64,000 bases of DNA from positions 67,721 to 131,720 of the forward strand of contig JBJEGD010000002.1 in NCBI GenBank assembly GCA_051874735.1. The letters are read 5' to 3'. Origin of the DNA: Candidatus Bruticola sp. GTDB taxonomy: Bacteria; Vulcanimicrobiota; Xenobia; Xenobiales; Xenobiaceae. Shown piece by piece: positions 52,079 to 61,946 of the stretch. A program made the translations under genes and the position numbers. Every line of letters starts with the position of its first letter. Within the stretch, counting starts at the first letter, position 1. The notes under the pieces are model-generated. The model worked only from the letters and a program-made list of their open reading frames with translations. It did no database searches and was not told the DNA's origin.

Positions 52079-52456
52079 CTAAAGCCTCAAATGCATATCA
52101 GATTTTTTAATAAGCTCAGCCAGTTCTTCAGGCGAAATAACTGCACAGCCCGAGAACAAACTATCCTCAAGCATGCCTCTTATTTCTAAACTGTATTTAT
52201 CTGCCCAGAAGCCGACGCCACGGCTTTTAGCAGAAGTCATATAAGGCACGACTGATTCGGTCAGCTGCGAAGCCACACATTCAGTAACACCGTCGCCGAT
52301 AAAAACTATATCCAAATTGTGATCAGACAGGCCCCCCACTAGACCAACAGCAAAAGTTAGCACACTTATCAGACTGTCAGGTGCATAACTAGCTCTATTG
52401 ACAAACAAAACAATATGTTTGGACTTATATTCACAAGGATAGTCGATCATAAGCAC
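52079..52456 (-). CDS. DsrF/TusC-like protein.
   Basis: 125 aa. DsrE/DsrF-family fold pattern (IVFIGDGV). 10-nt overlap with the upstream DsrE/TusD-like gene. Confidence 0.5.
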   Translation of the reverse strand: MLMIDYPCEYKSKHIVLFVNRASYAPDSLISVLTFAVGLVGGLSDHNLDIVFIGDGVTECVASQLTESVVPYMTSAKSRGVGFWADKYSLEIRGMLEDSLFSGCAVISPEELAELIKKSDMHLRL

Positions 52457-52800
52457 ACCACCTGATCCGCCTGCCCGGCCATTTTGGCAATTTCCTCAAA
52501 AGTGACCACTCTGACGCCGCTGCAGACGTCTTCAATAGCTACTCCACGAGATTCTAAACAAGGGCTGCTGACTAGAACATCGACGCCGACATAAACAAAC
52601 TTTTCCAATTTTTGCAGAAAATCGCCCTCATCTTCCTTCCTGCGCTTTTGCCTGCGCATGCACTGGTAAACGCCGTCGGCAGCAAATAGTATGCATACAC
52701 TGTGTTCTTTCTCCAAGGCCGCTGCAGTCAACAAAGAAAGAGTTCTGGAACCAGTACTGGCACTCAACGAGCGAGTTACCATAAAACCTAGTTTAGCCAC
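52447..52800 (-). CDS. DsrE/TusD-like sulfurtransferase subunit with the conserved Cys.
   Basis: VCILFAADGVY and VLVSSPCLESRGVA align with E. coli TusD (VFFYHDGVN; the active Cys preceding RRG). Confidence 0.55.
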   Translation of the reverse strand: MAKLGFMVTRSLSASTGSRTLSLLTAAALEKEHSVCILFAADGVYQCMRRQKRRKEDEGDFLQKLEKFVYVGVDVLVSSPCLESRGVAIEDVCSGVRVVTFEEIAKMAGQADQVVCL

Positions 52801-52837
52801 CTAAAAACCTCCTGCGCTTAAATCTAAATTTCCGATA

Positions 52838-54052
52838 TTAAGATCTGCTCGAAGACGAATACTTCAGTTCCGCATACCGTTCAATGCGTTCAATAAACTG
52901 CTCGGCTAAATTACTGCCATCTAGGGTGGCCTCATGGCGCCCATCTACAAAAAGCAGAGCGCGCGGAGCCTCTCCCCGTCCCGGCAAGGACAAACCGATA
53001 TCGGCATCTAGTCCTTCACCAGGTCCATTGACGATACATCCCATTACAGCAACTTTTAAATTGCTGAAGCCTTTGTAGCCTTTGGCTTTCCAAGCCGGAA
53101 CACGCTCACGAAGATAACGGCCAACCTCTAAAGCGATGCTTTGAAAAAGTTGGCTCGAAGTACGACCACAGCCGGGACAAGAAATAACTTGAGGTAAGAA
53201 CTGGCGCAGGCCTAAACTTTGCAAAATTTCCTGAGCGGCATAAACTTCTTGGGTGCGGCTTTCACCGGGCCTGGGAGTAAGAGAAACGCGTATAGTGCTG
53301 CCGATGCCCTCGTGCAACAGAATTCCCAAAGCAACAGCTGAACTAATAGCTCCTTTAAGCCCAGCTCCAGCTTCAGTTAAACCTAAATGGAGCGCATAAG
53401 GACAACGCTGATTAAGTTCATGATATACAGAAATAAGATCGGGAACGTTGGAAATTTTAGCAGACAGAACTAAATGGTCTGGGGCTATACCGTACTTTTC
53501 TGCTAATTTAGCAGAACTTATGGCACTTTCAGCCATAGTGTGCAGGAAAATTTCTTTGTCACTGCGAGGAGAAGCTGAATTTTTATTCTTCTCCATAAAT
53601 TTGGCCAGCAGCTCTTTATCGATGGAGCCAGCATTAACGCCAATACGGGCAACTTTACCAGACTTGGCTATAAGCTCAGCCATAGTTTTAAAGTTATCGT
53701 CATGATGCTGACCAGCTCCCACGTTGCCTGGATTGATGCGCAGCTTGTCCAGGGCCTGCAGACACTCTGGATAACGACTCAGGAGCAAATGACCGTTATA
53801 GTGAAAATCACCCACTAAAGGAACATCACATCCGGCCTGACGCACTTTATCTCTAATGTAGGGTACGGCCTTGGCGTCATCGTCGTCTTTTACAGTAAAA
53901 CGAACTAATTCTGAACCGGCTCTGGCCAATTCTAAAACTTGAGCGGCGGTCTCATCAATATCGGCAGTGCAAGTATTAGCCATACTCTGCACCGCCACAG
54001 GGGCTCCCTTACCTATACAAATATTGCCTATCCGAACAGTATATGCAATCAT
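52838..54052 (-). CDS. ispG: 4-hydroxy-3-methylbut-2-en-1-yl diphosphate synthase (GcpE).
   Basis: RIGVNAGSID plus a C-terminal Cys triad (CPGCGR...C) for the 4Fe-4S cluster. 404 aa. Confidence 0.85.
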   Translation of the reverse strand: MIAYTVRIGNICIGKGAPVAVQSMANTCTADIDETAAQVLELARAGSELVRFTVKDDDDAKAVPYIRDKVRQAGCDVPLVGDFHYNGHLLLSRYPECLQALDKLRINPGNVGAGQHHDDNFKTMAELIAKSGKVARIGVNAGSIDKELLAKFMEKNKNSASPRSDKEIFLHTMAESAISSAKLAEKYGIAPDHLVLSAKISNVPDLISVYHELNQRCPYALHLGLTEAGAGLKGAISSAVALGILLHEGIGSTIRVSLTPRPGESRTQEVYAAQEILQSLGLRQFLPQVISCPGCGRTSSQLFQSIALEVGRYLRERVPAWKAKGYKGFSNLKVAVMGCIVNGPGEGLDADIGLSLPGRGEAPRALLFVDGRHEATLDGSNLAEQFIERIERYAELKYSSSSRS

Positions 54053-54424
54053 TATTAATTACCAGTTAAACACATCGGTTATTTTTGACGCATTATGAGT
54101 CCCCAAGCCGTAACGCTTGCCTATTCCAACAAAGATACTATCCGGGGGAGACGACGAACGCCATCTGAAAACCGCCGCCTTAAAACAGCACTCCACAAAA
54201 GATTTGCCAACTCATTCAAAAGCTGCCGCTTTCCGCCCAAATGCACTTCTGCGCCCACTTTGCCGAAACTGACTGGAACTACACAACGCCTTCAAAATGC
54301 ACTTAACATTCTGTAATAAAGAAGGCCTCTCCTGCCCTTAGAATGGCTTAAACTTGTCCCTTTAGCCGCTGCTTTATACCTATATAATTGCCGCTACCCT
54401 GGCAAATATGCTAACCTGCTTCAC

Positions 54425-56419
54425 ATGCACAGTAAACTAGATAAAGTTAAAATCTTAACAATAAGCCTAACTTTATGGACTTTAGTTTGGCTTATCGGTA
54501 GCTTAAGTTGGAATGCAGCATCTTCTCCTTACTGTTTTGGAGAGTCCAGCGTTCTTAAGCTTTACGCTTATACAGCCTATATACAGGGACACTGCCAAGA
54601 GCTGATGCACGCTCCAGCGCTTTTTACTCTATCCCGACCTTTTATCGCTATATTTGGCTGTACTAATTTAACTTTTTCCTTGATTCAAGGCTCTATTTTT
54701 GTAATATGCGCCTTATTAACAGCCCATCTAGCCTCAAAGCTATACGGCTATAAAACAGGTTTGCTGAGCTTTATGCTGTTGACCTGCAGTTTAAGTACAG
54801 CCAAAGGTTTAAGAACTTTTCTCTTAGATTATCCCTCCGCTGTACCTCTACTGTTAATGTATTTATGTTACCTAAACAGTGATGGCTTCAAGAAATTGCT
54901 TCCTTGTCTGGGGCTGAGTGCTTCGATATGGCTGGGAGCTCAAACGAAGTACAGTTTCCTTCCCGTCTGGGCGGGTCCTCTCAGCGCCGCTCTGCTTATA
55001 CCGCATTTACACCGAGCAATTCAGGCAACCAGACGATTGGGAGTCCAATTATCACCAGTAAATAAAAAGAATTTACGGCTGTTGTTCTCCAGCGTAGTTG
55101 ATTTAACAGCTCTGGTTCTATTTACCTGCAGTGCCAAAGATTATGCCCCCCATCTGCAGCCCTCTTCTTCCTGGCCTTGGCTCCTGCAGTTAGAAGTCGC
55201 CCTAATTATTCTCTCTTCTATATTCAGTTTATATCAGTTGGAATTAATCAAGCAGGATCTTCATCCAGCCTGGCAGCGCTTGAATCGAGGTTTAGCTTCC
55301 TGTACTTTGGGGGCAGGTCTGAGCGCTTGGAGTTACCTTCCCCATCTGCAGGCTATTTGGGGTCACACTGAGGCTAACTACCATGCTATTGCTAGTCCAA
55401 CATTTTTTCTTGTCAACATGCCTTCAGCCTGGATTAGCTACTTAAGTTCAGTTTGTCAAGAAAGTCTGGCTCCTCTGCCTTGGTTTTTATTAGCTGCGGT
55501 TGGGTTATGTCTAGTTTGTCTACACCGCAAACTACGAAGGCGCAGCCTGCCTTTTATAGTAGGTTTAATATTTGTATCTGTATGGCTTCAAACGTTACCT
55601 TGGGATCACGCTTATCAGCGTTTCTTTATTCCGCTGCTGCCTTGGTGGGCTATGTTAGCCGCTCATGCCCTACAATGCCTATTGCGAATTAAACTTGGAC
55701 GCTATTTAGCAGCGGCTATCGTTTTTTACTTATGGTTACACGCTGCCTGTATCTGCTGGGCTTGGGCCTGTCCGTCAATCTCAAACTATTTGGCTAAACT
55801 GGATAGCAGCTATTTTTTAAGCGAAGGTCTGAGCCTAAACCTTCCCCAAGCCAAACGAACCGGCTTAGATAATTTCCAAGAAAGCTTTCATCCACTGCAG
55901 CCGCCGGGGCGAGAGCACCGTCTCACAAACTGCGGTATGTACAATATGAAGTTATCCGCTCTGCCAGTACTGCGGCAAACTTGGTTTGATAATTTGACAG
56001 CCCTATGCCGTGAATTAGCAGCCGATGGCGTCAGCACCCAAAAGCCCTGGTATTTAGCCGTCATTGCTGAATTTGAAGGCCGGGAACTAAAAGGAGAAAG
56101 TCCAGCCATGGAACTGTTCCTCTGGTGCGCCCAGCAAGGATTTAATAAAGAGCAGCTACATATTACGGGAATAAACAACCCGCAGGCTTATGCTAAGGCT
56201 GCGGGTCCACCAGAGGCCAAATCGTTAACCGTTTTAATTACTAATACAGGATCAGCCAGTCAGCGGCTACAGCAAGATTTATATCCGGCTCTCAGCCCCA
56301 ATCGGCTTATTAAACAAACTAAAGATCAAGACAGCGGTTTGACGATTATGTACTTTGCTTCTTGTAGCAACCAAGAGCAAGTTAAATTCATAATTTTAAA
56401 CCGCTTACGCCTATTTTAA
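54425..56419 (+). CDS. Polytopic membrane protein (at least 10 TM helices) with a C-terminal soluble domain. Possibly a GT-C-fold glycosyltransferase, but unassigned.
   Basis: Long series of hydrophobic helices through about aa 440, then a hydrophilic domain of about 220 aa. No definitive motif found. Confidence 0.45.
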   Translation: MHSKLDKVKILTISLTLWTLVWLIGSLSWNAASSPYCFGESSVLKLYAYTAYIQGHCQELMHAPALFTLSRPFIAIFGCTNLTFSLIQGSIFVICALLTAHLASKLYGYKTGLLSFMLLTCSLSTAKGLRTFLLDYPSAVPLLLMYLCYLNSDGFKKLLPCLGLSASIWLGAQTKYSFLPVWAGPLSAALLIPHLHRAIQATRRLGVQLSPVNKKNLRLLFSSVVDLTALVLFTCSAKDYAPHLQPSSSWPWLLQLEVALIILSSIFSLYQLELIKQDLHPAWQRLNRGLASCTLGAGLSAWSYLPHLQAIWGHTEANYHAIASPTFFLVNMPSAWISYLSSVCQESLAPLPWFLLAAVGLCLVCLHRKLRRRSLPFIVGLIFVSVWLQTLPWDHAYQRFFIPLLPWWAMLAAHALQCLLRIKLGRYLAAAIVFYLWLHAACICWAWACPSISNYLAKLDSSYFLSEGLSLNLPQAKRTGLDNFQESFHPLQPPGREHRLTNCGMYNMKLSALPVLRQTWFDNLTALCRELAADGVSTQKPWYLAVIAEFEGRELKGESPAMELFLWCAQQGFNKEQLHITGINNPQAYAKAAGPPEAKSLTVLITNTGSASQRLQQDLYPALSPNRLIKQTKDQDSGLTIMYFASCSNQEQVKFIILNRLRLF

Positions 56420-56438
56420 CCAGTGCTGCTGCCTAACT

Positions 56439-57293
56439 TTAATTGTCGTTTAGTCCATAACCAATCGTCAACAATTTCCGCTTATAAAGACTCTCTATTT
56501 TAATAACTTCATAATTGGTAACCGTTTTAGGCAAGATCTGTAAAACGGAGAATTGAAAATGGTGGTAGCGATCGGAGTATTTATCAAGCAACTCCATCAT
56601 TAGCTTATTATTGCCGTGCAAGGAAATTACATAGTCGGTCCAACGTCCAAGTAGACCATTCTGACCATACGCCGATCTGACATATTGCTTACCAATTACA
56701 CGATCGACAATTAAATAAACAGTATTGATTGAAGAAAGCGCCGTATGCCACGAATCGTAAACCGCTTCATTCTTGACAATTTCTTTTAACCCGTCATAAG
56801 TAAGAATCAAATTTTCAAAGTCGGAAAAGACTTTCTTGGCATTCGCCTGAATAGATACAATCGGTTTCGAATTAGTTGCTAAATGATCAAACTTGGCAGT
56901 ATCTCCTCCCCAATCAATGACCAATTAGTCTTCATATTCATTTAAATACTCGGTTTTCCCTAACTTATAATTCCAGTTCTTATCTATTATCTTATCACGA
57001 TTAGGGAAACCCAGCGGCAAAATATCTGTAGTAGCTTTATCTATTGGCTCTGGCGTATTTGCTTTATAGCAAGCAAAAAATCGGGCCAGATTTCCTCCAT
57101 CGCCTATAAATGCACACCAGTATTTCGTATTAAGATGGAAATTTTCTTTTCGCAAACAAGTATATTCGAGCACCTTGCCAGCTTAGTAACAAGCTCTGAA
57201 ATACTTATCTGATAAAGAATGACGGATCAGCAACACTTCTTGAGGATTCAAACCAACTTTTTGGAGAATATCTTTAAACTCTAACACTGCCAT
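56439..57293 (-). pseudogene. Disrupted gene for a GIY-YIG-domain nuclease. One reading frame of about 284 codons is broken by two in-frame TAA stops (at 57183..57185 and 56925..56927). Lies in an AT-rich segment.
   Basis: Three consecutive same-frame ORFs: ATG at 57293 to TAA at 57183; then AGKVLEYTCLRK... to TAA at 56925; then LVIDWGG... to 56439. C-terminal part carries GIY-YIG-like VYLIVDRVIGKQYVRSAYGQNGLLGRWTDYVISLH ... IESLYKRKLL. Local GC about 33% vs about 50% elsewhere. Confidence 0.55.
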
Positions 57294-57668
57294 TATTTTG
57301 CTTCCCTTCAACTGTGATTGACTAAAAAATTATGATCGAATTGCCACAATTTACTTATCTTCAGGTGCTGGTTGATGCCAATTACTGGCGGTGTCTGCCC
57401 AGCCAATCGCTAACCGTTATTAACACTCTTTTACAAGCTTAATAACTTCTAAATAAATCTTTTACTATTGACCTAAGACAATTTTATCTCTGGCAAATGG
57501 GATATAACACAGTGCAAAATTCAAAATAAATGTTTTTACCTATATAAAAAGCATAATATTTATAAAATAAGGTATTAATATTCAACTTGTACCATAAAAA
57601 ACCATTAAAATTTTGAAATATAAAATTCTATTTAATACCTTAATATTGCGGAACTTTATAGAAAAGCG

Positions 57669-57698
57669 CAAAAAAAATGCCTGCCGAGATAGGCAGGC
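57669..57698 (-). terminator. Rho-independent terminator of the 962-aa minus-strand gene.
   Basis: gcctgcc gagata ggcaggc hairpin. A8 upstream on plus equals U8 downstream on minus. Located 28 nt after the stop at 57726. Confidence 0.65.
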
Positions 57699-57725
57699 AA
57701 AAGACACGCTGTTTGGCCGACAATT

Positions 57726-60614
57726 TTAGGAGTGTTGCTCTCTAATAGCTAAGAAAACCTCCAGATCTTCCTGAAGATCGCTACTAAGTACACTCCGTTT
57801 AGCCAAATTTTCCAATAAAAATAGAGCCGACTTATTTTCGGGAGGAGAGTTACGGGCCACTTCAATTAAAGTGTTTAAAATAGCACGATCTATTTCTACA
57901 GATAAACCGCCAAAAACCATTTTTGCGCCTTTGCTCAATTCTAACACACTAATTAAGAACTTTTGAGCGCTCTCACTCTGAGTCAGATCGAAACCATCTA
58001 GGCGTTTTTTAAAATCGCTTATTAAGCGCAAAGCTGAACGTTTGGCCATATTGAGAGTAAAATTCGAAAGATCGCGCCGCAGCAGCTCGCTCAAAGCTCC
58101 CCAAATCGGATTACTTCTGTAAGCATAGAGATTTATACCCCGCTCTGCACCATCAAACCAATCTTCTAAAAATGAGAACAGACGGAAAACAAGCATCTGG
58201 TGCAAACGTTCTCCAGCCTGAGGATGGCAAGCTGCTGCTCCGATTATGCGCAGAGCCAGCATTCTATCAGCATGATCCCAGGCTTGAGGATTTTGTACTC
58301 CGTCGCCTTCTGCTTCACTGCTGAGCATCCGTTTCATTAAATCGTTTAGGCTCGGCTCCTCGCCTTTCTTCAGAACGGTACGGCACAACATGGCCACAAA
58401 AGCTTCCGGATCGGCCAACATCGGGCCGTATTGAAGCATATCGGCAAACCCTTGCAAACAACAATGGAGCAAGCTTCGATCAGGTTCAGCCGCACTAAGA
58501 ACTTCTGAAAAGATGCGCTCAATTTTTAAACGAACTTCAGTTGTAGAGGCTCTGTAAATACTGAAAAGAGCTTCCACTTTTGGTTGAGGATTATCAGCTA
58601 ATTTTTCGCTAATTCTCTGTACCACTATAATTCGCAACTCATCGCTAATCAGAGGAGTCGATCCCAAAAATCCTAGGCTCTGCCAAACGGCGGAAATGAC
58701 CTGGAGTTTTTTACTTTCAGCTATCTTTTCGGCGTCTTTTAAACTTGGGAAATCGATAGTTTGGCGTACCATTTCCTCTATTTCCGCGCGGTAGGCTTCA
58801 TTTTGCATATCCTGGCAATGGAGCAGCTGAGCAAAAACACCAGCTTTAAGCGCTTCCCCACCCGACTCCAAAGCAGCATCTTCACTTACAGCTTTAAAAC
58901 TGAATTCCAAAGCCGCTTGACCGCACGAAGCTAAGAGAGAGAGTACCGATAAATTGTCAGGTTCATCTAAATTACAGGCCTCATTAAAAAGGAAAGAGTA
59001 AGCAAAGCGCCATTTAGAATCGAGATGCTGCAACGCTTCTCTCACTTTAGGCAGATCAAGCTGATGAGTACGCACTAGAGCCAAAACTGAAGCCCGATCT
59101 TGAGCGAGCAAACGGTTCATAACAAAATCAGCAAAAACTTTTTCCATATGGTCAGAGCTTAAAGCTTCACCTCGAGCACAAGCTCCGGCCCATTTGTGAA
59201 ATTCGGAGAGGAGCAGCTGCATTTCTTCTTCATGATGGTCATCAGTATGATGACAACCACACTCATAACATTCTGCCTCGGTATGCTCATGTTCGGAGCA
59301 GTGTTCTGCTTCATTCTGAATCTGACGGAAATCGCTCCACAGGTTTACCACAAATATGCGCCTACTCTCATCAAGCTCAGCTAAAATATTTGGCCTGCTT
59401 ATAGCTTCTAGAATAGCCGACCCTAAATTTTTAAAAGTGGCCCGCAGGCGCCTGCTCAAGCCAGCTTCCTGACCGTGTTCCAAGAATAGCTGCAGCAAAC
59501 GCTCAGTCAAATATTGATAGGCCTCATCGTCTTTAGGCAGACGAGATAGAATATTACCGAAAAAGGCTACACTGCCGGGCATATTGGTATTTTTCAAACG
59601 GCGCAGCAGATAATCACCTAAATTAGGGAAGTGCGGAGCTAAATCAAACACAAAAGCAGAAAGGGCAAAGCGCTCTGCAAGTTCAAAACTATCTAACTGA
59701 TCTAAAAGGGTATCGAGAAATGATGTCAATTCAGAGAACTCCGCTTGCTGTTCTTCAGCTTGACTGTGCGCGGCGCATTTAGCTATAAGCGGTGCCAGAT
59801 GGGGCAAACTAGGCAGTAACTGAGTCCTGAAATCTTTTTCCTTTACCAAAGGAAGCAGAGCTGACAATAAAATTGTACCTAAAATGTTGTGAAATTTTTC
59901 CTGCTCTGGTTGATCAAAATAAAATAGGGCGTCTTTAAACTTTTTTAAATCGAGACTGAGCATACTCAAAAGAGCCCGGCCCAAATCGCGGTTCAAATTA
60001 TCCCTAACCTGCTTAGCAGCTTCGCGCGAAAGCTCAGCCTTGCCTCTTTTGAAAGCGGTAATCAATAGTGGGGCAGGATCTTGATTACAAGCTAACGAGG
60101 CTCTAAATAAATAACGGAAGGCTTCTATTAAATCGACAGTTTTTTCACTATCTAACAAAGTGAGCGAAGCGGCTTCCAAACGGCTTCGTTCCCAAAGTAC
60201 ACCTTTTATAGCTGCAACATTAGCTTCTCCCAGTACCTTCGGAGCCACAGTACCAACAGAAACTAGGGCTTGGGCTTCGCCTACTGCTTCAGAAGGAGCT
60301 TCATCTTCAGTGCGCACCACAATAGCTCCCTCAATTTTTTCCGCCCAAGCTCCCAGAGGTTTCAGTAAGGCATTGATCCTCTGTGTATCGTTATAATCTA
60401 AATTATTCCATCGTTTATCGCGCACACAACTCGCGAATTCGGACGACTCAGCTACTTCTTCCAGAAAGGCCATCGAAAAAAGGATTGACCTACGTCCTAA
60501 AGAGCACAATCTAGCTCCCAAGCGATGATTCAAATTTATGTTTTCACTATTGAGTGAAGCAATAACTTCAGCTACAGAGTTATAAAGATTAGGATTAAAA
60601 ATATCTTGGCTCAT
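57726..60614 (-). CDS. Large (962 aa) predominantly alpha-helical protein of unknown function with an internal Cys/His-rich cluster.
   Basis: Long ORF with helical, Leu-rich composition. Segment HCSEHEHTEAECYECGCHHTDDHHEEE. Confidence 0.55.
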   Translation of the reverse strand: MSQDIFNPNLYNSVAEVIASLNSENINLNHRLGARLCSLGRRSILFSMAFLEEVAESSEFASCVRDKRWNNLDYNDTQRINALLKPLGAWAEKIEGAIVVRTEDEAPSEAVGEAQALVSVGTVAPKVLGEANVAAIKGVLWERSRLEAASLTLLDSEKTVDLIEAFRYLFRASLACNQDPAPLLITAFKRGKAELSREAAKQVRDNLNRDLGRALLSMLSLDLKKFKDALFYFDQPEQEKFHNILGTILLSALLPLVKEKDFRTQLLPSLPHLAPLIAKCAAHSQAEEQQAEFSELTSFLDTLLDQLDSFELAERFALSAFVFDLAPHFPNLGDYLLRRLKNTNMPGSVAFFGNILSRLPKDDEAYQYLTERLLQLFLEHGQEAGLSRRLRATFKNLGSAILEAISRPNILAELDESRRIFVVNLWSDFRQIQNEAEHCSEHEHTEAECYECGCHHTDDHHEEEMQLLLSEFHKWAGACARGEALSSDHMEKVFADFVMNRLLAQDRASVLALVRTHQLDLPKVREALQHLDSKWRFAYSFLFNEACNLDEPDNLSVLSLLASCGQAALEFSFKAVSEDAALESGGEALKAGVFAQLLHCQDMQNEAYRAEIEEMVRQTIDFPSLKDAEKIAESKKLQVISAVWQSLGFLGSTPLISDELRIIVVQRISEKLADNPQPKVEALFSIYRASTTEVRLKIERIFSEVLSAAEPDRSLLHCCLQGFADMLQYGPMLADPEAFVAMLCRTVLKKGEEPSLNDLMKRMLSSEAEGDGVQNPQAWDHADRMLALRIIGAAACHPQAGERLHQMLVFRLFSFLEDWFDGAERGINLYAYRSNPIWGALSELLRRDLSNFTLNMAKRSALRLISDFKKRLDGFDLTQSESAQKFLISVLELSKGAKMVFGGLSVEIDRAILNTLIEVARNSPPENKSALFLLENLAKRSVLSSDLQEDLEVFLAIREQHS

Positions 60615-60839
60615 AAGCAGAAATCTTTCCGCTTTACACCTCTTACTTCCTACTAACGACTCAGTAGGACGACTTAGCGAGGTTAAATAACATAAAATTA
60701 GACTGACAATTTCTTCAGCAGTTCAACAAATTAAGGTCCGGCAATTTTACTCCTTAATACCTAAACGAAGGCTACAACTCGAACATCACGAATAAACTAG
60801 CGGTCGTATCTAACGGAAAGGACATTTCTGTAACACCTT

Positions 60840-61049
60840 ATGAGAAAAGTAAACAAAGTCATTTATTTAGTTATGGCCTTCCTGCTGGGCACCTTCGGAG
60901 TGCATAAATTCTATGCGGGCCAGAAAAAGACTGGATTTTTATATCTGCTGTTCTGCTGGACCTGTATACCTACGCTCTGTTCTCTTTATGATTTTGTCGT
61001 GGGTCTGCTCAAAGCAGAAGACGACGAAGGCAACATAATCTTCCATTGA
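60840..61049 (+). CDS. TM2-domain small membrane protein.
   Basis: LVMAFLLGTFGVHKFYAGQKKTGFLYLLF matches the TM2 domain (GxHxFYxG). 69 aa, two TM helices. Confidence 0.6.
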   Translation: MRKVNKVIYLVMAFLLGTFGVHKFYAGQKKTGFLYLLFCWTCIPTLCSLYDFVVGLLKAEDDEGNIIFH

Positions 61050-61090
61050 GCGTGCCATGATTGGTGACTCAACCTTAAAATATAAACAAC

Positions 61091-61927
61091 ATGTCCGTAT
61101 TTAATTGCGCCTTAAAGACAACCGATCCCCTCACTTTCTTTAACTGGCGCAGCACTCTAAATTTTTTAATGTGCAACCTCAATTGTTCACATTATCTTGA
61201 GCTGGCTAAATACGAGGTTAAGTCCACTTTTTCCATGTTGTCTTTTCAAGACGGCTACCCCAACCGTTGGAACTGCGGAGCCTTTGCTCTACCTCTAGCG
61301 GCTTACGCCGTCTTCACTAATACAGACAGCCTCTATATTAAGAAGCGATTTATACTGAACGAGCAACCATCGCTAAATATACAACTCTCCTGTTCTGCAA
61401 GTGAAACTGTGTATCAACTGCGCTTGTCACTCTACAGTCCCGCCGTGCTGACTTTAACACCATCTAACTCAACCTGGGCTAGGTTATGTCTTAATACGCT
61501 TTCCTGCAGTGCTCCTTTACCACCAACTTCCCATCTTTTAGAGACTAACTCCGCCGAGTGGCAAAGATCTGTAGAATGGAAGCGCGCCTTTGACCGGCTA
61601 CAATGGTTGAAAAAAGCTGAACGTCTTCTGCCTCAAATTAACAAGGATGAATGTACTACTGCCATGGCCGAGCTATGCGGGCGCCCTTCTATCCGCAGCT
61701 TACTCACCCAAGCGGAAAGTCTATGTTTTTACAAAGCTGTTAGTGTAATCGATAAAAACAACAGCAAATTATCTTTATCCGCCAAGCGGTTGGAAGGACA
61801 GCGCAGCAATTTGCTAAAAGGTTTCCACAACTTTTACCAAACTACCAAAATTCTAAGCGGAAGTACTCCATCTCAGATGGCTATGTTACGCTTGGCGCAG
61901 GCCGTCGGCTATGCGCTCAATTTATAA
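61091..61927 (+). CDS. Hypothetical Cys-rich protein (278 aa).
   Basis: Long ORF. No recognisable domain. Protein-coding status uncertain. Confidence 0.3.
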   Translation: MSVFNCALKTTDPLTFFNWRSTLNFLMCNLNCSHYLELAKYEVKSTFSMLSFQDGYPNRWNCGAFALPLAAYAVFTNTDSLYIKKRFILNEQPSLNIQLSCSASETVYQLRLSLYSPAVLTLTPSNSTWARLCLNTLSCSAPLPPTSHLLETNSAEWQRSVEWKRAFDRLQWLKKAERLLPQINKDECTTAMAELCGRPSIRSLLTQAESLCFYKAVSVIDKNNSKLSLSAKRLEGQRSNLLKGFHNFYQTTKILSGSTPSQMAMLRLAQAVGYALNL

Positions 61928-61946
61928 TGCTTAAGGATCAAAGACT

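Noticed and set aside
54053-54424. Searched the ispG/cob operon leader (minus strand) for a cobalamin riboswitch B12-box.
   Set aside because: No B12-box-like consensus recognised. The small ORF 54095..54316 here is probably spurious.
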